Shown: piece by piece, positions 13,116-25,512 of the stretch
Layout of the letters: each line of letters begins with the position of its first letter
Position numbering within the stretch: position 1 is the stretch's first letter
Source of the DNA: Eledone cirrhosa
Taxonomy: Eukaryota
Reading direction: 5' to 3'
Length of the DNA stretch: 64,000 bases
NCBI GenBank assembly: GCA_964016885.1
Contig: OZ024742.1
Location: 25,668,001 to 25,732,000, forward strand
The notes under the pieces: model-generated
What the model was told of the DNA's origin: nothing
The model's database searches: none
The model's input: the letters and a program-made list of their open reading frames with translations, nothing else
Made by a program: the position numbers and the translations under genes

Positions 13116-13164
<49 letters not shown>

Positions 13165-13969
13165 ATTTGTGTGTGTGTGTGTGTGTATACATTTATAGGA
13201 TTATGTATGTATTTGTGTTGCCTGTGTGCGCACGCGTAAAAACGAGGTAGGGCTTTTTTTCAAACATCTTTTAGTAAAAAACGTATGTGACCAAGTTTGG
13301 TTTATTTTATTAAGAATTTGTTCATATGTTCATATGGAGTTCAACAGCCTTAAATATTGTATAGACTGTCATAGAAGCACGACGTGACTTTAGTACAGAA
13401 AAAAGTATATCCTGTTCCTTTAGGGTCACAATTGAATACTTTATCTGTATTCAGCTCATCTCTTACACATCATTCTAAATGGCGTCGCACTGAAAGCAAC
13501 TGTAAAAGAAGCTAGTTGTATTGTTTATTGCTAATTTCAAACAACATCTCACACACCCTGTCAGGTTTTCCTTCTCAACAATGAATGATTGTTTATCCTC
13601 GCGGAAGTAAAAGTATTTTATATACATCTTTATTCCCTTTCAGTTCACACCTGATTTTGTTTGCCAGGAATATTTGCTGCGCTATTTTGTCCAGAAAATG
13701 AAATAAAATGTCGGTAAGTTATTGTTCACACTTCTAGTCGACTTAATTTTATAATAGCCAGATCTCCCTAAAGTAACATATTACTCTCCTCCCTGTAGTG
13801 GACGGTGCATTAGATAATGTAGTCTAAGACACATTGCATCCGAAAATATAATGAAATGGTCATAACAGTAACTTCTTTGATCATATATCTGATGGATTAT
13901 GGTTGCACTACAGCAAAACAAAACACAGTGTTTTGTACAACATATACCCTTCAGATAAGACTGCTCATG

Positions 13970-14864
13970 CAGGTGTGTCAGAAAAGATCCAGGACTGATA
14001 TCACAAAAGATTTATTTCAAACCCTATCTTCCCACTAAGTGTTTTCTCCTTCAAAGTAATCCCCATGGAGTATGTAACTGTAATCTTAGCTCTCTGCAGT
14101 GATCAAACTATTTTCTTCATAATTTTATATACATGTCCTCTGTTTCAGGTCGTCAAGCAATGAGCACAGAACAACGAACAAACTTGAAAACTCCGTCAGA
14201 AGCACTGGGATTACTGCAGCAAGTGTATTGAGATAAGACGATGTCGCGCTCATGTGGTTTTGAGTGGTGCAAGTGGTTTAAAGAATGTCGCGAGGACGTG
14301 GAAGATGACCCCAGGAGCGGAAGGCACTCAACAACCAGGACTGAGGTCAACGTTGAGCGCGTCAGGCAGATGGTGCGGAGCGATCGTCGGCTGACTGTTC
14401 GACTGATGGCAAATGAGCTGGGCATGAATCGGGACAGCGTCTGGAAGATTCTCACTGAAGATTTGGACATGCGGAAAGTCTGCGCGAAGATGGTGCCAAA
14501 TCTGCTGAACGATGACCAGAAGGATCGACGCATGCAAGTGTTCCAGGACATCCTCGAGCGTCATGAAACCGAACCAGACTTGCTAGGGACAGTCATCACC
14601 GCTGGTGAGTCATGGACCTTCGAGTACGTCCCGGAGGGGACCCGTTTTGAAGACGTGGACGGCATCAAAAAGGCTGTGACGACGGGACTGCGGAGGATCC
14701 CAGATGAATCCTTCCAGGAGTGCATGCAAGCATGGCAGAAAAGGATGGAAAAGTGCATTAGACTCCAGGAGGATTACTATGAAGGATAAAACTCTTAGTG
14801 TGAATTTTGGGTCTGAAATAAATCTTTTGTGACATCAGTCCTGGATCTTTTCTGACACACCTCG
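13970..14864 (+). mobile_element. Internally deleted Tc1/mariner (mariner) transposon
   Basis: ~30-bp TIRs (C[G]AGGTGTGTCAGAAAAGATCCAGGACTGAT) with TA at the right end. ORF 14241-14789 has WCKWFKECREDVEDDPRSGR, HTH, KVCAKMVP, VITAGESW and RMEKCI...YYE. Most of the DD34D domain is missing. Confidence 0.92.
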
Positions 14865-15299
14865 TATGTCTTTATAATGCTAAATAAATATTTATTGCTG
14901 TTCAGTTAACATATGTTGCTCTTTCGAACAAATATTATATGGTTTCTACAGCTTTTGAAGCTATTCTCACACGTTCCAATGTATGATCTTTTAAAATTGT
15001 GTACACACTGGGACTGTCACAATGTTTGACAAAGAGGTTCTTCTGCTTCCTATAATGTGCAATGATGCCTAGTTCTTTATAATTGTACTTCCCTGTATTT
15101 CATCTGCTGTCTCAGTTGACGGGAATATTTCCATAACTGTTCACAACATTCTTTTATGGATTCTTCGGATAATTACGTGGTTCAATATGGCTACGTGGTA
15201 AATTGTGGTGTCTAATTCCTGCGATGCACTCCCAACGTTAATCGTGTAACTCTATCTAGAGTTTCCTTTTCATAACTAACATTTTCGGATTGTAACTAT

Positions 15300-15640
15300 A
15301 AGTGGGGAGAACTAAGGTCATATGTCCAATATTAGCCGAGGATAACTTTGCCTATCATCCTTACGGAGTCGATAAAATAAAGTACCAGTAATACACTTGG
15401 TATTTGCTGGCATTGTGCCAAAAGTAGAAACCATTATATTATAGTGGTGGTTTGGCAGTATCGGTAGAGGGTCTGATGCCATACTTTGCAGCAAAGAGTT
15501 ACGGCTCTCTATGGTTTGAGTTCAAATCCCGCTGAGGTTAACTTTGGCTTCCATACTTACGGGGTCGATGAAATAAAGTACAAGTAATGCGGTGGGTAAT
15601 TGCTGACCGTGTGCCAAAAGTAGAAACAATTATATTATAG
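15300..15640 (+). mobile_element. Two tandem tRNA-derived SINE copies
   Basis: B-box-like GAGTTCAAATCCC, conserved core CTTTGCCT.TCATCCTTACGGGGTCGATAAAATAAAGTACCAG, and a tail GTGCCAAAAGTAGAAAC(ATT)n. Further copies occur at 43.9-44.3, 48.0, 50.0 and 54.3 kb. Confidence 0.75.
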
Positions 15641-15957
15641 TTATAATACTTTAAAAGTCTAGGTGGTTCTTGTTACAAAGCAGGAGGAGGCGTTTATTTT
15701 ATCTGGATTGCTTATATTTATATTATATATATATATATATATACAGAGAGAGAGAGAGAGAGAGAGAGATTGAGGGTAGTTAGGAAGGGGTTAATTGGCT
15801 TAATTCACCCTAATTGCTTCATTGCATGATATATATTTCTGTTACATGGTTATGTATGTGACTTCACTACTGACGTGAAGTGCTTTTGGATCACACGAAC
15901 CGGATTATACTCACGAAGTTACAACGTAACAGCCACGTATTGGCACATGATCTTCTG

Positions 15958-16027
<70 letters not shown>

Positions 16028-16232
16028 TTAAGGGTACTATTTATGGTTATGTATGCAATAAAACCTTTAATGGTAATATATTATATATACACAAACCCTA
16101 AATAGTGAAAGATAGTCATTAATTACTATCCTATTACCAGTAAGATAAATAGCTCAATGTAATAACATCAGTTGTTTTACAGAGCAGTTATATAGAGATT
16201 ACAATAATCAAAGTTCAGTTTAAGTCATTTAT

Positions 16233-16281
16233 TTGCTTACAATTGTTTCCTCCAAACCGAGGTTTGGTTTCTTCGGAGCAA
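16233..16281 (-). ncRNA. Minimal type I hammerhead ribozyme (CCGAAGA core)
   Basis: TTGCT-CCGAAGA-AACCAAACC TC GGTTTGGAG-GAAA-CAATTG-TA-AGCAA. Confidence 0.8.
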
Positions 16282-17232
16282 CTATTTACTGATCTATAAC
16301 ATACTTGACCTCCTTTTCAACCCAAGAGACACATAAAACATATGCGCGTATTGATCAACAGTGGGGTGACATTCATCAAATGATATAGCATGGCAATTTA
16401 CATATAAAGGTTACAGGATAAAAATAAAATAAAAACAAGAATGAAAATAAAGATAAACATGAAGCGTTGGCAGTCTATGAAGATAAAGCAAGAGGAAAGC
16501 TTAGAGTAGTCAGTGTATGAAACAGTCTCACGTGTAGCATGCACGCGTGTCTTATTTATACATGATTAGAGTGCGTCAGAATGATATTTGCAGGGTCAGG
16601 CAGTTGAAGCAGGCAATCGATCTTATTATGTGGGCTGGATTATTAAGTCATTTATTCTCATACATCTGTATGATATACAGTCTCGGATGCAGGGAAACAC
16701 CAAAATATCAAAAACTTTCCACATACTATAAACCTTATTGTATCGTAGGCAAAGCCGTAACCACTGTCTTCGCTCACACCACCACTCACATAATCCATGA
16801 GACGCAATATATATAGAGAATACTTGTCTATCGTATAATTCGCGGTGGTTCAGCATATAATCAAGCTATAAACCGTATCCAGTCGGTTCTTAATTAATAG
16901 ATCATGCTGTCCAGATTCCGGAAGTGTCTGAATGACTAAGGGGAATTAATGCGTAAGGGGTGGTAACTAGCTAGTTATCTTAGTTAAATTACTATCCTAA
17001 ACTACATTAATGGTGATTCAAATACGTGCCTATCATATGAAGTTATAACTAATTTCCAGAGTATGTTACCCATTTATAGGTTAGAGAGTTGTCCATTAAG
17101 AAGTACAAGGGTGTATATATTAGGATGATTACCATTGATGAATGTCACCCCACTGTTGATCAATACGCGCATATGTTTTATGTGTCTCTTGGGTTGAAAA
17201 GGAGGTCAAGTATGTTATAGATCAGTCAATAG

Positions 17233-17281
17233 TTGCTCCGAAGAATCCAAACCTCGGTTTGGAGGAAACAATTGTAAGCAA
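17233..17281 (+). ncRNA. Minimal type I hammerhead ribozyme (CCGAAGA core)
   Basis: TTGCT-CCGAAGA-ATCCAAACC TC GGTTTGGAG-GAAA-CAATTG-TA-AGCAA. Stem I is 5 bp, stem II is 8 bp and stem III is palindromic. Confidence 0.85.
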
Positions 17282-17373
17282 ATAAATGACTTAAACTGAA
17301 CTTTGATTATTGTAATCTCTCTCTCTCTATATATATATATATAATACATATATATATATAATATATACATATA

Positions 17374-17475
<102 letters not shown>

Positions 17476-17505
17476 TATATATATATATATATAATATATA
17501 TATAC

Positions 17506-17536
<31 letters not shown>

Positions 17537-17543
17537 TATATTT

Positions 17544-17600
<57 letters not shown>

Positions 17601-17607
<7 letters not shown>

Positions 17608-20600
17608 ATATTTGGGGAGGGTCATATTTGCGTAATATTGCCAGAATTAATAACAGAACACACTCACTGTTTGGTTGGTTTTCGCTTCTGCTGTCTTTTA
17701 TATATATATATCTGCGATCTAACTTACTCGGTCCTCAATGTTGCCATTGACTGACCGGCGGTCAAAAATAATACAGATACAATATAGACACAAACACATA
17801 TATATAGTTTACATAATTTACATAAATCTTTCGTTGCACATCTGCAACATCGTCAGTGGTGTTATATTCATTGTTCCTCCTGTTGTGTTGTATGTCTACG
17901 CCATTTTTTTTGTTCAGTCTGTCTATATATTTATTTATTTATTTGCTTGTTTGTTTATCTTATTTTATTTTGTCTTCTTTGCGCATGCGTTTGCGTGTGT
18001 GTATAGTGTTATGTGTGATGTGTGACTAGTGTGTATAGTGTTGTGTCTGCTGGGTGACTAGTGTGTGTTTATGTGCTTGTGTATGTATTTATTTATCTTA
18101 TTTTATTTTATTTTATTTACTTATTTATACTTCTCTTAGGTCAGTGTTGTTTGTTTGGGTGTTGTTGTTGTTCCACTCATTCTTTCTGTTTAGCTTTGGT
18201 CTTCTAATTTCTATTTCACTGGCCTCTCTGATTTGCCTATCTGCTGGGTCATTCCTATGTTTAGATATTATTCTAATTTCTATGTTGTCTATGTTACCGT
18301 CATGTTGTTGTCTAGCATGTTCGTATAGTACTGACCCGTTTTTTCGTCCTTTTAGTTCCCCCCAGTGTTGGTCTATCCTTTCACCTATGCTACGAGCTGT
18401 CTCACCTATGTATGTTGTTGTCATGTTTATGCAAGTACCCTCTGTACATCTTATGCTATAGACTACGTTTCTAGTTTTACAGTTTATCCGGGGGTTCACC
18501 TTACATATGATACATTTCCTATTGGTACAGTGGGTTTTCTTAAAAGGGTAGGTTTTGCTGATCAGGGATTTTATGGTGGTTCCTGGCTTTTCTACCACCT
18601 TTATTTTTAAGTGGGTCTTTCTCAGGGCTTTTCTACACTGGTTAGCTAATTTCCCTCCAGGGGTGGCGTCCACAAACATGACACTCTGATATCTCTGGTT
18701 GTCGTACCATGATGTGGCCTTCCCTATCTTATGTCTAGCCCTATCTAAGCTATTCCATGATTTGCTCCTGTATAGTGGGCAAATTCCTTTCATGTCCAGT
18801 TCTATGAGGGTCTTATACTTTTCCATGGCTCCTTCGTATACTCTGACTCTGTCTCTTTGGTTGTAGCCAGAGAACTGCATGCGGTTGATGAAGTGTTGGA
18901 TGTGTCCTTCCATTTCTGTTGGGTCGCACATGCTGGACACATTCTTCATCACTCGTACCAAATCTGCGATCAGAATATTAAACTTAGCACTACTGGACAT
19001 TGCTGAGTTTTTGAGTATCAGGTATTTGGAGGCCATGGGTTTAGCATAGTGTGAGTGGAGAATTTGGGCTCTCTCGTCTATAGTGTTAATCCAGAGTTCT
19101 GTGTATAATACAGGTAGTCTATTGTTAGGGTGTTTGGAAGGGAAGTCTATAGTTACAGTTATACTCTGGTGTATGGAATTAGCTATCTGCTGGATGCTTT
19201 CCATCGTGCAACGTTCTAAATCAAACTTGTTAGTGCTCTCTAGTGGGGGTGTTCTTATAACTATATTGATATCGTCTACATAACGAGAGTACATGATGAG
19301 GTCTATGGAGCTTTCATTAAGGAGATCTTTAAGTCTCCTTTCCCACCATACCATGAAAAGGTTGGCAACATCACCAGCTATGCTGACGCCGATGGCTGCT
19401 CCCTCATTTTGGGTGTAGATTTTCTCATTGAACTTAAATATGTGGCCCTTTAGGGTAGTTTTGATACTAGCCCCTATTGCATGTGCGACCATTATTCTTA
19501 CCTGATCAGTGTTTTTTGGGGTCCGTATAGCTTTGGTCCACCCAATCCACCTTCCTATGGGAGTCTTTTTAGCCATTGAGGTTATGGTGGGGGGTCTACC
19601 TCTTATAGGTCTACTAGGGCAGAAACATCTAAGGTCATGGCTGTCTAGGTAGTCAGTGTCGTAGGTAAGTCTAAGTAGGAGGCCCAGTTCGTCTGTGTCG
19701 ACGTCGCAGAACTCCACCTCACTCTCAATGATCATCTCCACACATCTTTTCACAGCAAAATCAATGTTAATGGATGGGCACAGTTACACCACATCCATGC
19801 TGCCTATTATGCAGTTGGATAGGCTCCTGTTTTTCTTGCACTCACTGATTCTGCTGAGGAGGTCCTCTGTACTTTCACATACATCTGGGGACATCTTGAT
19901 TATGGGGCGTATAACCATTGAGAGGAAGTAGGAGATCCTGTAGTTGCTAGCTATATTAGCTCCGCATACGGGTCTTGTTGGTGGTCCTGTTGTCGGGTCG
20001 TCGACTGTCTTGTGGTCTTTGCGGAGCCCATACAAGGGTGGTATGCCATTGTTAGACGCCTGGAAGTTGTTGGCAGTGCGTCTGCTTGGCTTTAGGATGT
20101 CAGTCCACATCATCATGTGAGCGTTGAGGATTTTTTCTCTCCCATCGTGTGTTAGTTGTGCAACTTCGCTCGTGTTGGTGATGTGGGGTTGCATTGCCTC
20201 GATGTAGTTCGGCATGCTATCTATTGACATCCTACCAGACTTATCTGTGGGTAGACACACTACCTCACCATCCCTTGTGCGCTGCTTGAGGCTAACCAAG
20301 CCTTCTACAGGTTTTATCCCAAGTTGTTGGGCCTCTGGTCTGCTCTGTCTCATAGTGTACCTGTCTACTACTTGTCTAATCTTATTTCTAGCTATGGTGA
20401 ACTGTGCCTCCGTCTCGTCATCTATTTGCTGTGGTATGCAAACTCTTTTATTAAAGGGTAACCTCGTAGGATAGATATTACCCATCTTATATGTTTTGTC
20501 AGCTGGGTTGAAAAATAGTTTCTCTAATGGGTTGTCGTTATTTCTATCGTCATAGTTGTGTGTGTTGCTATTATTGTTATCATGGTGGTTGTTGTTGTTT

Positions 20601-21791
20601 CTATCATTAGCATTAATATTATTATTGTTATGATTGCTAGATGTATTGTTGTTTACTTCACCGTTATTGTTGTTGTTGTTACTGCTATTTCTACCATTGT
20701 GGTTGTTACTATTATTATGTTTCTTGTTTTTGTTGATGTTGCTACATGTACTATTTCCATTATTACCACTGTGGTTATTGTTGTTGTTGTTGTTCGTATT
20801 GTTACCGTTATTACTACTGTGGTCACTGTTGCTGTGTCTGTGGTTAACGTTTCTATTATTATTATTATTGTGGTTGTTGTTGTTCTGTCTATCGCTAGTA
20901 TTATTGCCATTATCACTATTTCTCACTTTCCTGCCATTGTTATGGTTATGGCTGTTATTTCTATACCCAGAGTTATTGTTTATATTACTACTACCGTTAT
21001 TATTGTTGTTGTTGTTTACCTTTGCATTCCAACGTATTTTTGTGAAACACTTTTCCAGCTCTGTTTTGCATTCCATAGGGTTAATCTTTTTGTAGATGGC
21101 AAATTTTGGTGATAACTTTAGGATTTGTTGTTCTTGTTCACTGATTAAAGTGTTCCCATAGATATTTACTGTGTGGTCATTGGTAAATTCTTCCGGTAGT
21201 TTTACATCACTCATACGGATGTTGTCGATGTTATCTGGGTATTTTTGAGAATATTCGATTTTCCTTTCTTGTAGTTTTTTCTTATTCATCCATTCTAATT
21301 TCTTCTTGAAATGCCTACAGCATTCGTTTTGAGCATATTTTGTTTCGCGTCGGATGATGCTCATGAAGTCATCTCTCTGGTTTGCTGTGATGAGATTTCG
21401 GATTTCCTTACCGTTGATGCGTTTTTGTCTGTAGAGTGCGTTGACTTTTGTGTATGTTGTTCTTTTCATATTAACTGTTATTGTGTGTTTTAGCCGTTCA
21501 GCTTGTGTTTTGTTCAATAATAAATTATTTACTTGTTTTGATATGTTTGTTGTGTATGTTTTGGAGGAAACACAGTGTTTTAAGAAGCGGATTTGTTCTG
21601 TTGTTATTGTAGTTTTTATATAACAGAAAACAGTGTCTTTCAATAAGCTAATGCCATAGCGGCGATGAATTAGTTTTGCGAGGTTTTTTATATGAAAAAT
21701 ATTACGCAAATATGACCCTCCCTAAATATAACAATATCTGTTTCGACACACGATTTCATATAAAAAACCTCGCAAAACTAATTCATCGCCG

Positions 21792-21795
<4 letters not shown>
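17601..21795 (-). mobile_element. Near full-length Penelope-like element with a short inverted 5' terminus
   Basis: Contains an RT + GIY-YIG ORF. 21699-21737 is inverted relative to 17601-17639, and 21656-21697 is inverted relative to 21754-21795. Both ends lie in (TA)n. Confidence 0.93.
18125..21709 (-). pseudogene. PLE polyprotein (~1,195 aa: N-terminal region, Asn-rich insert, RT, GIY-YIG) with one premature stop
   Basis: The 641-aa and 542-aa ORFs are in the same frame, split by TAA at 19784-19786. The sister copy has TCC there (MDVVSLYPSI). Motifs TDKSG, LYGLRKDHK, GAAIG, YVDD, VVY..C...YIGETARS..R..H and LNRKNEW. Confidence 0.92.
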
Positions 21796-21880
<85 letters not shown>

Positions 21881-21911
21881 AGAAAAACCACAGACCCTCC
21901 ATCTCGACTCA

Positions 21912-21949
21912 CCTTTTGAAAAGCAGAAGAACTGCGAAACCGGTAAAGG
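21912..21949 (+). ncRNA. Minimal type I hammerhead ribozyme, U3-A8 core variant
   Basis: CCTT-TTGAAAA-GCAG AAGAA CTGC-GAAA-CCGG-TA-AAGG. All three stems are perfect. Confidence 0.78.
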
Positions 21950-22000
21950 AACCAAATAAATATATATATTTAAAAAAAAATAAGACTATATATATATATA

Positions 22001-22502
22001 TAATAACTAGAAATTGATTAACATATATATAAACATAAATAATCACAGGAGATAATTTTTACAAGTGTGTAACCACACATAGCTAGGTAGGTAACTAAAT
22101 AAAGTTGACTAGAACTTCAAAAGTAGATACCTTATAATATGATTAATCTTCCCTGTATATATTCCATTAAAGAAATATATTTCACCACTTAATCAGATGG
22201 TAAACCACGGAAGTGGATATTTTGGATTTTCAACAAGGAAGAAAATGTCCAGCAATCCGTGTTTACACAAGTTCAAATCTGCAACTGGCTATTACCACGT
22301 GTTGTATTTACAATGAATACACACATAACAGTTGCTTCGTCCCAGTGGCGTGAATAGGGTTATCGACAACTAGAATCTATTTTTGAAGTTCTAGTCAACT
22401 TTATTTAGTTACCTATCTAGCTATGTGTGGTTACACACTTGTAAATATTATCTCCTGTGATTATTCATGTTTATATATATGTTAATAGATTTCTAGTTAT
22501 TA
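22001..22502. mobile_element. Fold-back pLTR-like element (family C)
   Basis: Arms 22001-22122 and 22381-22502 are inverted. Homologous to 29352-29870. Confidence 0.7.
22148..22241 (-). ncRNA. Degenerate type I hammerhead with long stem II (UUGAAAA core)
   Basis: CTTCCTTG-TTGAAAA-[~60 nt]-GGAA-TATA-TA-CAGGGAAG. Stem I is 8 bp and GAAA is imperfect. Confidence 0.55.
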
Positions 22503-22826
22503 TAAAATGCTCGGACCTACTCGTTAGAATCTTAGAGCTTATTTTCCGGCTGATATGGCGCATGCCTTTCTGGCATGACACCCATTATTTTGATTTAGAT
22601 TGAATTCATTTAATTTATCTTAATTTTGTATATATATATATATATATAAATATATATCTCTTTGCTTATATATATATATATATACATATAAGCAAAGAGA
22701 TATTTAATTTGTTGGTAATCCAACAAATCTATTTATAACAGAATCGAAACACTCAACAGATTTCCTGGAGTATAATATCAATGATATTAATAAATGGAAA
22801 ACTATATTTTTAAAACCATATTTATG

Positions 22827-22880
22827 TTATTATATATATTTCAAGGCTACCAAAAACTTTGGTACGCCCTCATCAAATAA
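22827..22880 (-). ncRNA. Type I hammerhead ribozyme (C3>U)
   Basis: TTAT-TTGATGA-GGGCGTACCAAAG TT TTTGGTAGCCTT-GAAA-TATATA-TA-ATAA. Paralog at 26533-26596. Confidence 0.65.
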
Positions 22881-22938
22881 AATACAAAATTTGTTTTATA
22901 AATAGTGACATACCTCAAAATCCAGACCTTATCCGTTC

Positions 22939-24797
22939 AGGTTCCGTTTGGATAGTGAAAGGAAAAAAAAAAGATTTCAAATCTTTAGGATAGATATGTA
23001 TATGAAGTAGAAGCTTAGACTGAAAAAGTAGTTATATTTAGACGCTAGGTAAATTTAAATAATTATTAGGATACTTTATAAAGGAAGAAGAAAGAAGAAA
23101 GAGAGGCTAATATTAATATTATGGTGTAAGTAAATTAAAAAATTAAAAATGTTAAATGTGTTGAGGTGGTAGAATACTAATCCAATAATTTAAAATATAT
23201 AACCATATCATGAGATATAATATTATATAGATAATCCTTATAATTAGATTTTATGAAGAATTAAGGTTGAAAGTACACTTAAGCTTATTATATTACAACA
23301 GGTCATTTATATAAATATTTATATAAATATATAAAAATATAAATATTATTGGTGATTATATATGTTGATATTTTAAATAGATAAATAATTTTCATATTAC
23401 TATATAATTTCAGGGTTACGAAAGATATTGTATTTACATTTCAATATATAATTAAGAAAGAGACGTAGTTCAAATTTTATTAGAGAAGAACTTTTGTACT
23501 TTCAAATAGTTCCATCAAATAGGAAACATTTACCAAATTATTAAGTTAACGAAATTATCGAGATTTTAGTATTTGTGTTGTTAAGAAGAGAGGATGTTTA
23601 TGCGTGCTACATTATAAAGGAAAAGATAACTTCAATATTTCTTAGTTACACTATTTACGTTAGATTTGTCATATATTTTAGAATTTACTTAAAAAAGCGC
23701 AATGCATGTAGAGAAAATGTTATATATTACTTTGTGTATGATTATAAGGTATTTTATATTACATGTTTTCAAAGATGAGAATTTCTTTTATATATGTATT
23801 TAGATGCTATCTATATATTCAATTAGGAATAAAATATTATTACAGACATCATGAGTGTATTTAGAAATTATCACAAAAAGGATATATTTCAAAATATCAA
23901 TTAAAAAATATCAATTCAAAAAGATTAAGAAGAATATCAATTTGAAAAAGAATATCATTTGTAAACATAATTTGTAAAAATATTACATAAAAAGAAAAAC
24001 ATCATTTAAAAATCACCACTAAACATCGACAGAAGCATAGTGAAGACATAAATGTGAACAAGTGAAATATATACTGTAGATTAAAAATACTTCGGAAAGT
24101 CATTTTTTGGTGATGTCTGCAGGAACTGAATATTTCTTTCTTTAAGTTGATAGAGTTTTGGCAGGTAAGTATATAACAAATTTCTTCAATACACAAATGA
24201 CCGATTCTTGAGAGAGCCATATTTCGGTATGCGGGTGCTTTCGAAATCTTTCCCCAATAGATTGAATAGTCAATATTATTGTCTTTTAAGTACCAAATTA
24301 CATGTGAAAGTGATGTAGATAATTTTTTTTATCGGATCTATTAAATGTATGTTTATGATTATACCAGCATTCTTTAAATTTTGTAGAAGTGGTTCCTATA
24401 TAGTTATATATTTTATCTTTAGTTTTTACTGTGCATTTGTATACTAAGTTTTTATCTAAGCAGTTTTTCTGTAAAGGGCAGATTCATTTCTACAGTTACA
24501 TTTTCGTGAGTTAATATTACTAGGTACTATTATTATTAGTATTAATAGTGTTATTAGTAATATTAATATTGTTATCTTGGTTTATTTAGTTTAGGTTTAA
24601 ATTTAAGTTTCTATTATTAATTATATTCATATTTTGTGCTATGTTCATAGTTGTATAAAGTATCCTAATAATTATTTAAATGTACCTAGTCTTTAATATA
24701 ACGACTCTTTCAGTCTACGCTTCTACTTCATTTAGATATCCATCCTAAAGATTTGAAATCTTTTTTCTTTTTTCCTTTCACTATCCAAACGGAACCT
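22939..24797. mobile_element. Decayed Naiad-like PLE fragment with inverted ends
   Basis: Minus strand 24075-24500 reads CNC..CPLQKNCLDKNLVYKCTV...YNYIGTTST.FKECWYNH...CIEE...KEIFSSCRH (GIY-YIG). 22939-23080 is inverted relative to 24654-24797. Confidence 0.75.
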
Positions 24798-24799
24798 TG

Positions 24800-25410
24800 T
24801 TTATATATATCCTATTTGCAACAACACAGCTCACCATTTTTCATTCATATATGCTTGCCCCTTCACTGTGATCTGTTTTTTTCTCTGCTATCCTCTTTCT
24901 CTCTCCCTCTTCTCTCTCCTTCTCCCCCTTACTTTCACTCACCCCCTCTGCTAGTCACCCTCTCTCGGCTAGCCTCTTCCTCACACTTCACTCACGCACT
25001 CTCTGCTACTCACCCTCTCTTTCACTTCCTCCATCGTTCCACGCCGTACGAGATCCTCGCTCACATCCGCACGGCCAAGATGTGTCTTTCGTCTTCTCGT
25101 CAATATTCGCACGTTCTTATGTTCAAAATGAATTATTGACTTGATTTTCTCATTTTTTCCTCTCTTTACGTTGCCGCACCATCCCTGTTTGTTTTCCTGT
25201 CTCTCTTTCTCCACCCAACTCTTTTCTATCCCAAATAACTTATTTTAGTTATTGCATCGCTCTAGCCTGAGGTATATGGTCTGTAATTCGAAGAAATACC
25301 TATGATGGCTAGTAGACCAGTGATGACGGATAGACCTGGCTTCTATTTCTAATTCTTCATTTTTTATATATCCTATTTGCAACAACACGTTTCGCCATTA
25401 TTCATACGTA
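24800..25410 (+). repeat. pLTR-like unit with ~45-bp terminal direct repeats (family D-related)
   Basis: TATATATCCTATTTGCAACAACAC occurs at ~24804 and ~25365. Homologous to the 26950-27725 units. Confidence 0.55.
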
Positions 25411-25431
25411 TATATATATATATATATACAT

Positions 25432-25512
25432 CAAGGTCGGCTGAAAAGTTCATAGACTAACCAAGATACTCTCATGAAATGACCAAATGCGGTTTATTTT
25501 CAACATAGTACC
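25432..25512 (+). mobile_element. Mariner-like terminal fragment
   Basis: CAAGGTCGGCTGAAAAGTTCATAG...TTTATTTTCAACATAGT resembles a mariner TIR and 5' region. No partner TIR was seen. Confidence 0.4.

Larger units (their letters stand above)
11701..13117. repeat. Retrozyme/pLTR-like array: 426-432-bp direct tandem units plus one inverted copy
   Basis: The unit landmark ACTAAG(A/C)GTGGGAAATG occurs at 12217, 12643 and 13075. 11701-12099 is the reverse complement of a unit. One HHR per unit. Flanked by (TA)n. Confidence 0.85.
16024..17320. mobile_element. Non-coding PLE-type fold-back element (family A), second copy
   Basis: Same left end as 9461 (AGTATTAAGG.TACTATTTATGG). Arms 16194-16379 and 17135-17320 are inverted. 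Lies between TA microsatellites. Confidence 0.8.

Noticed and set aside
15515-15535. tRNA gene suggested by the B-box GAGTTCAAATCCC
   Set aside because: No cloverleaf can be formed. It is the head of a multi-copy SINE.
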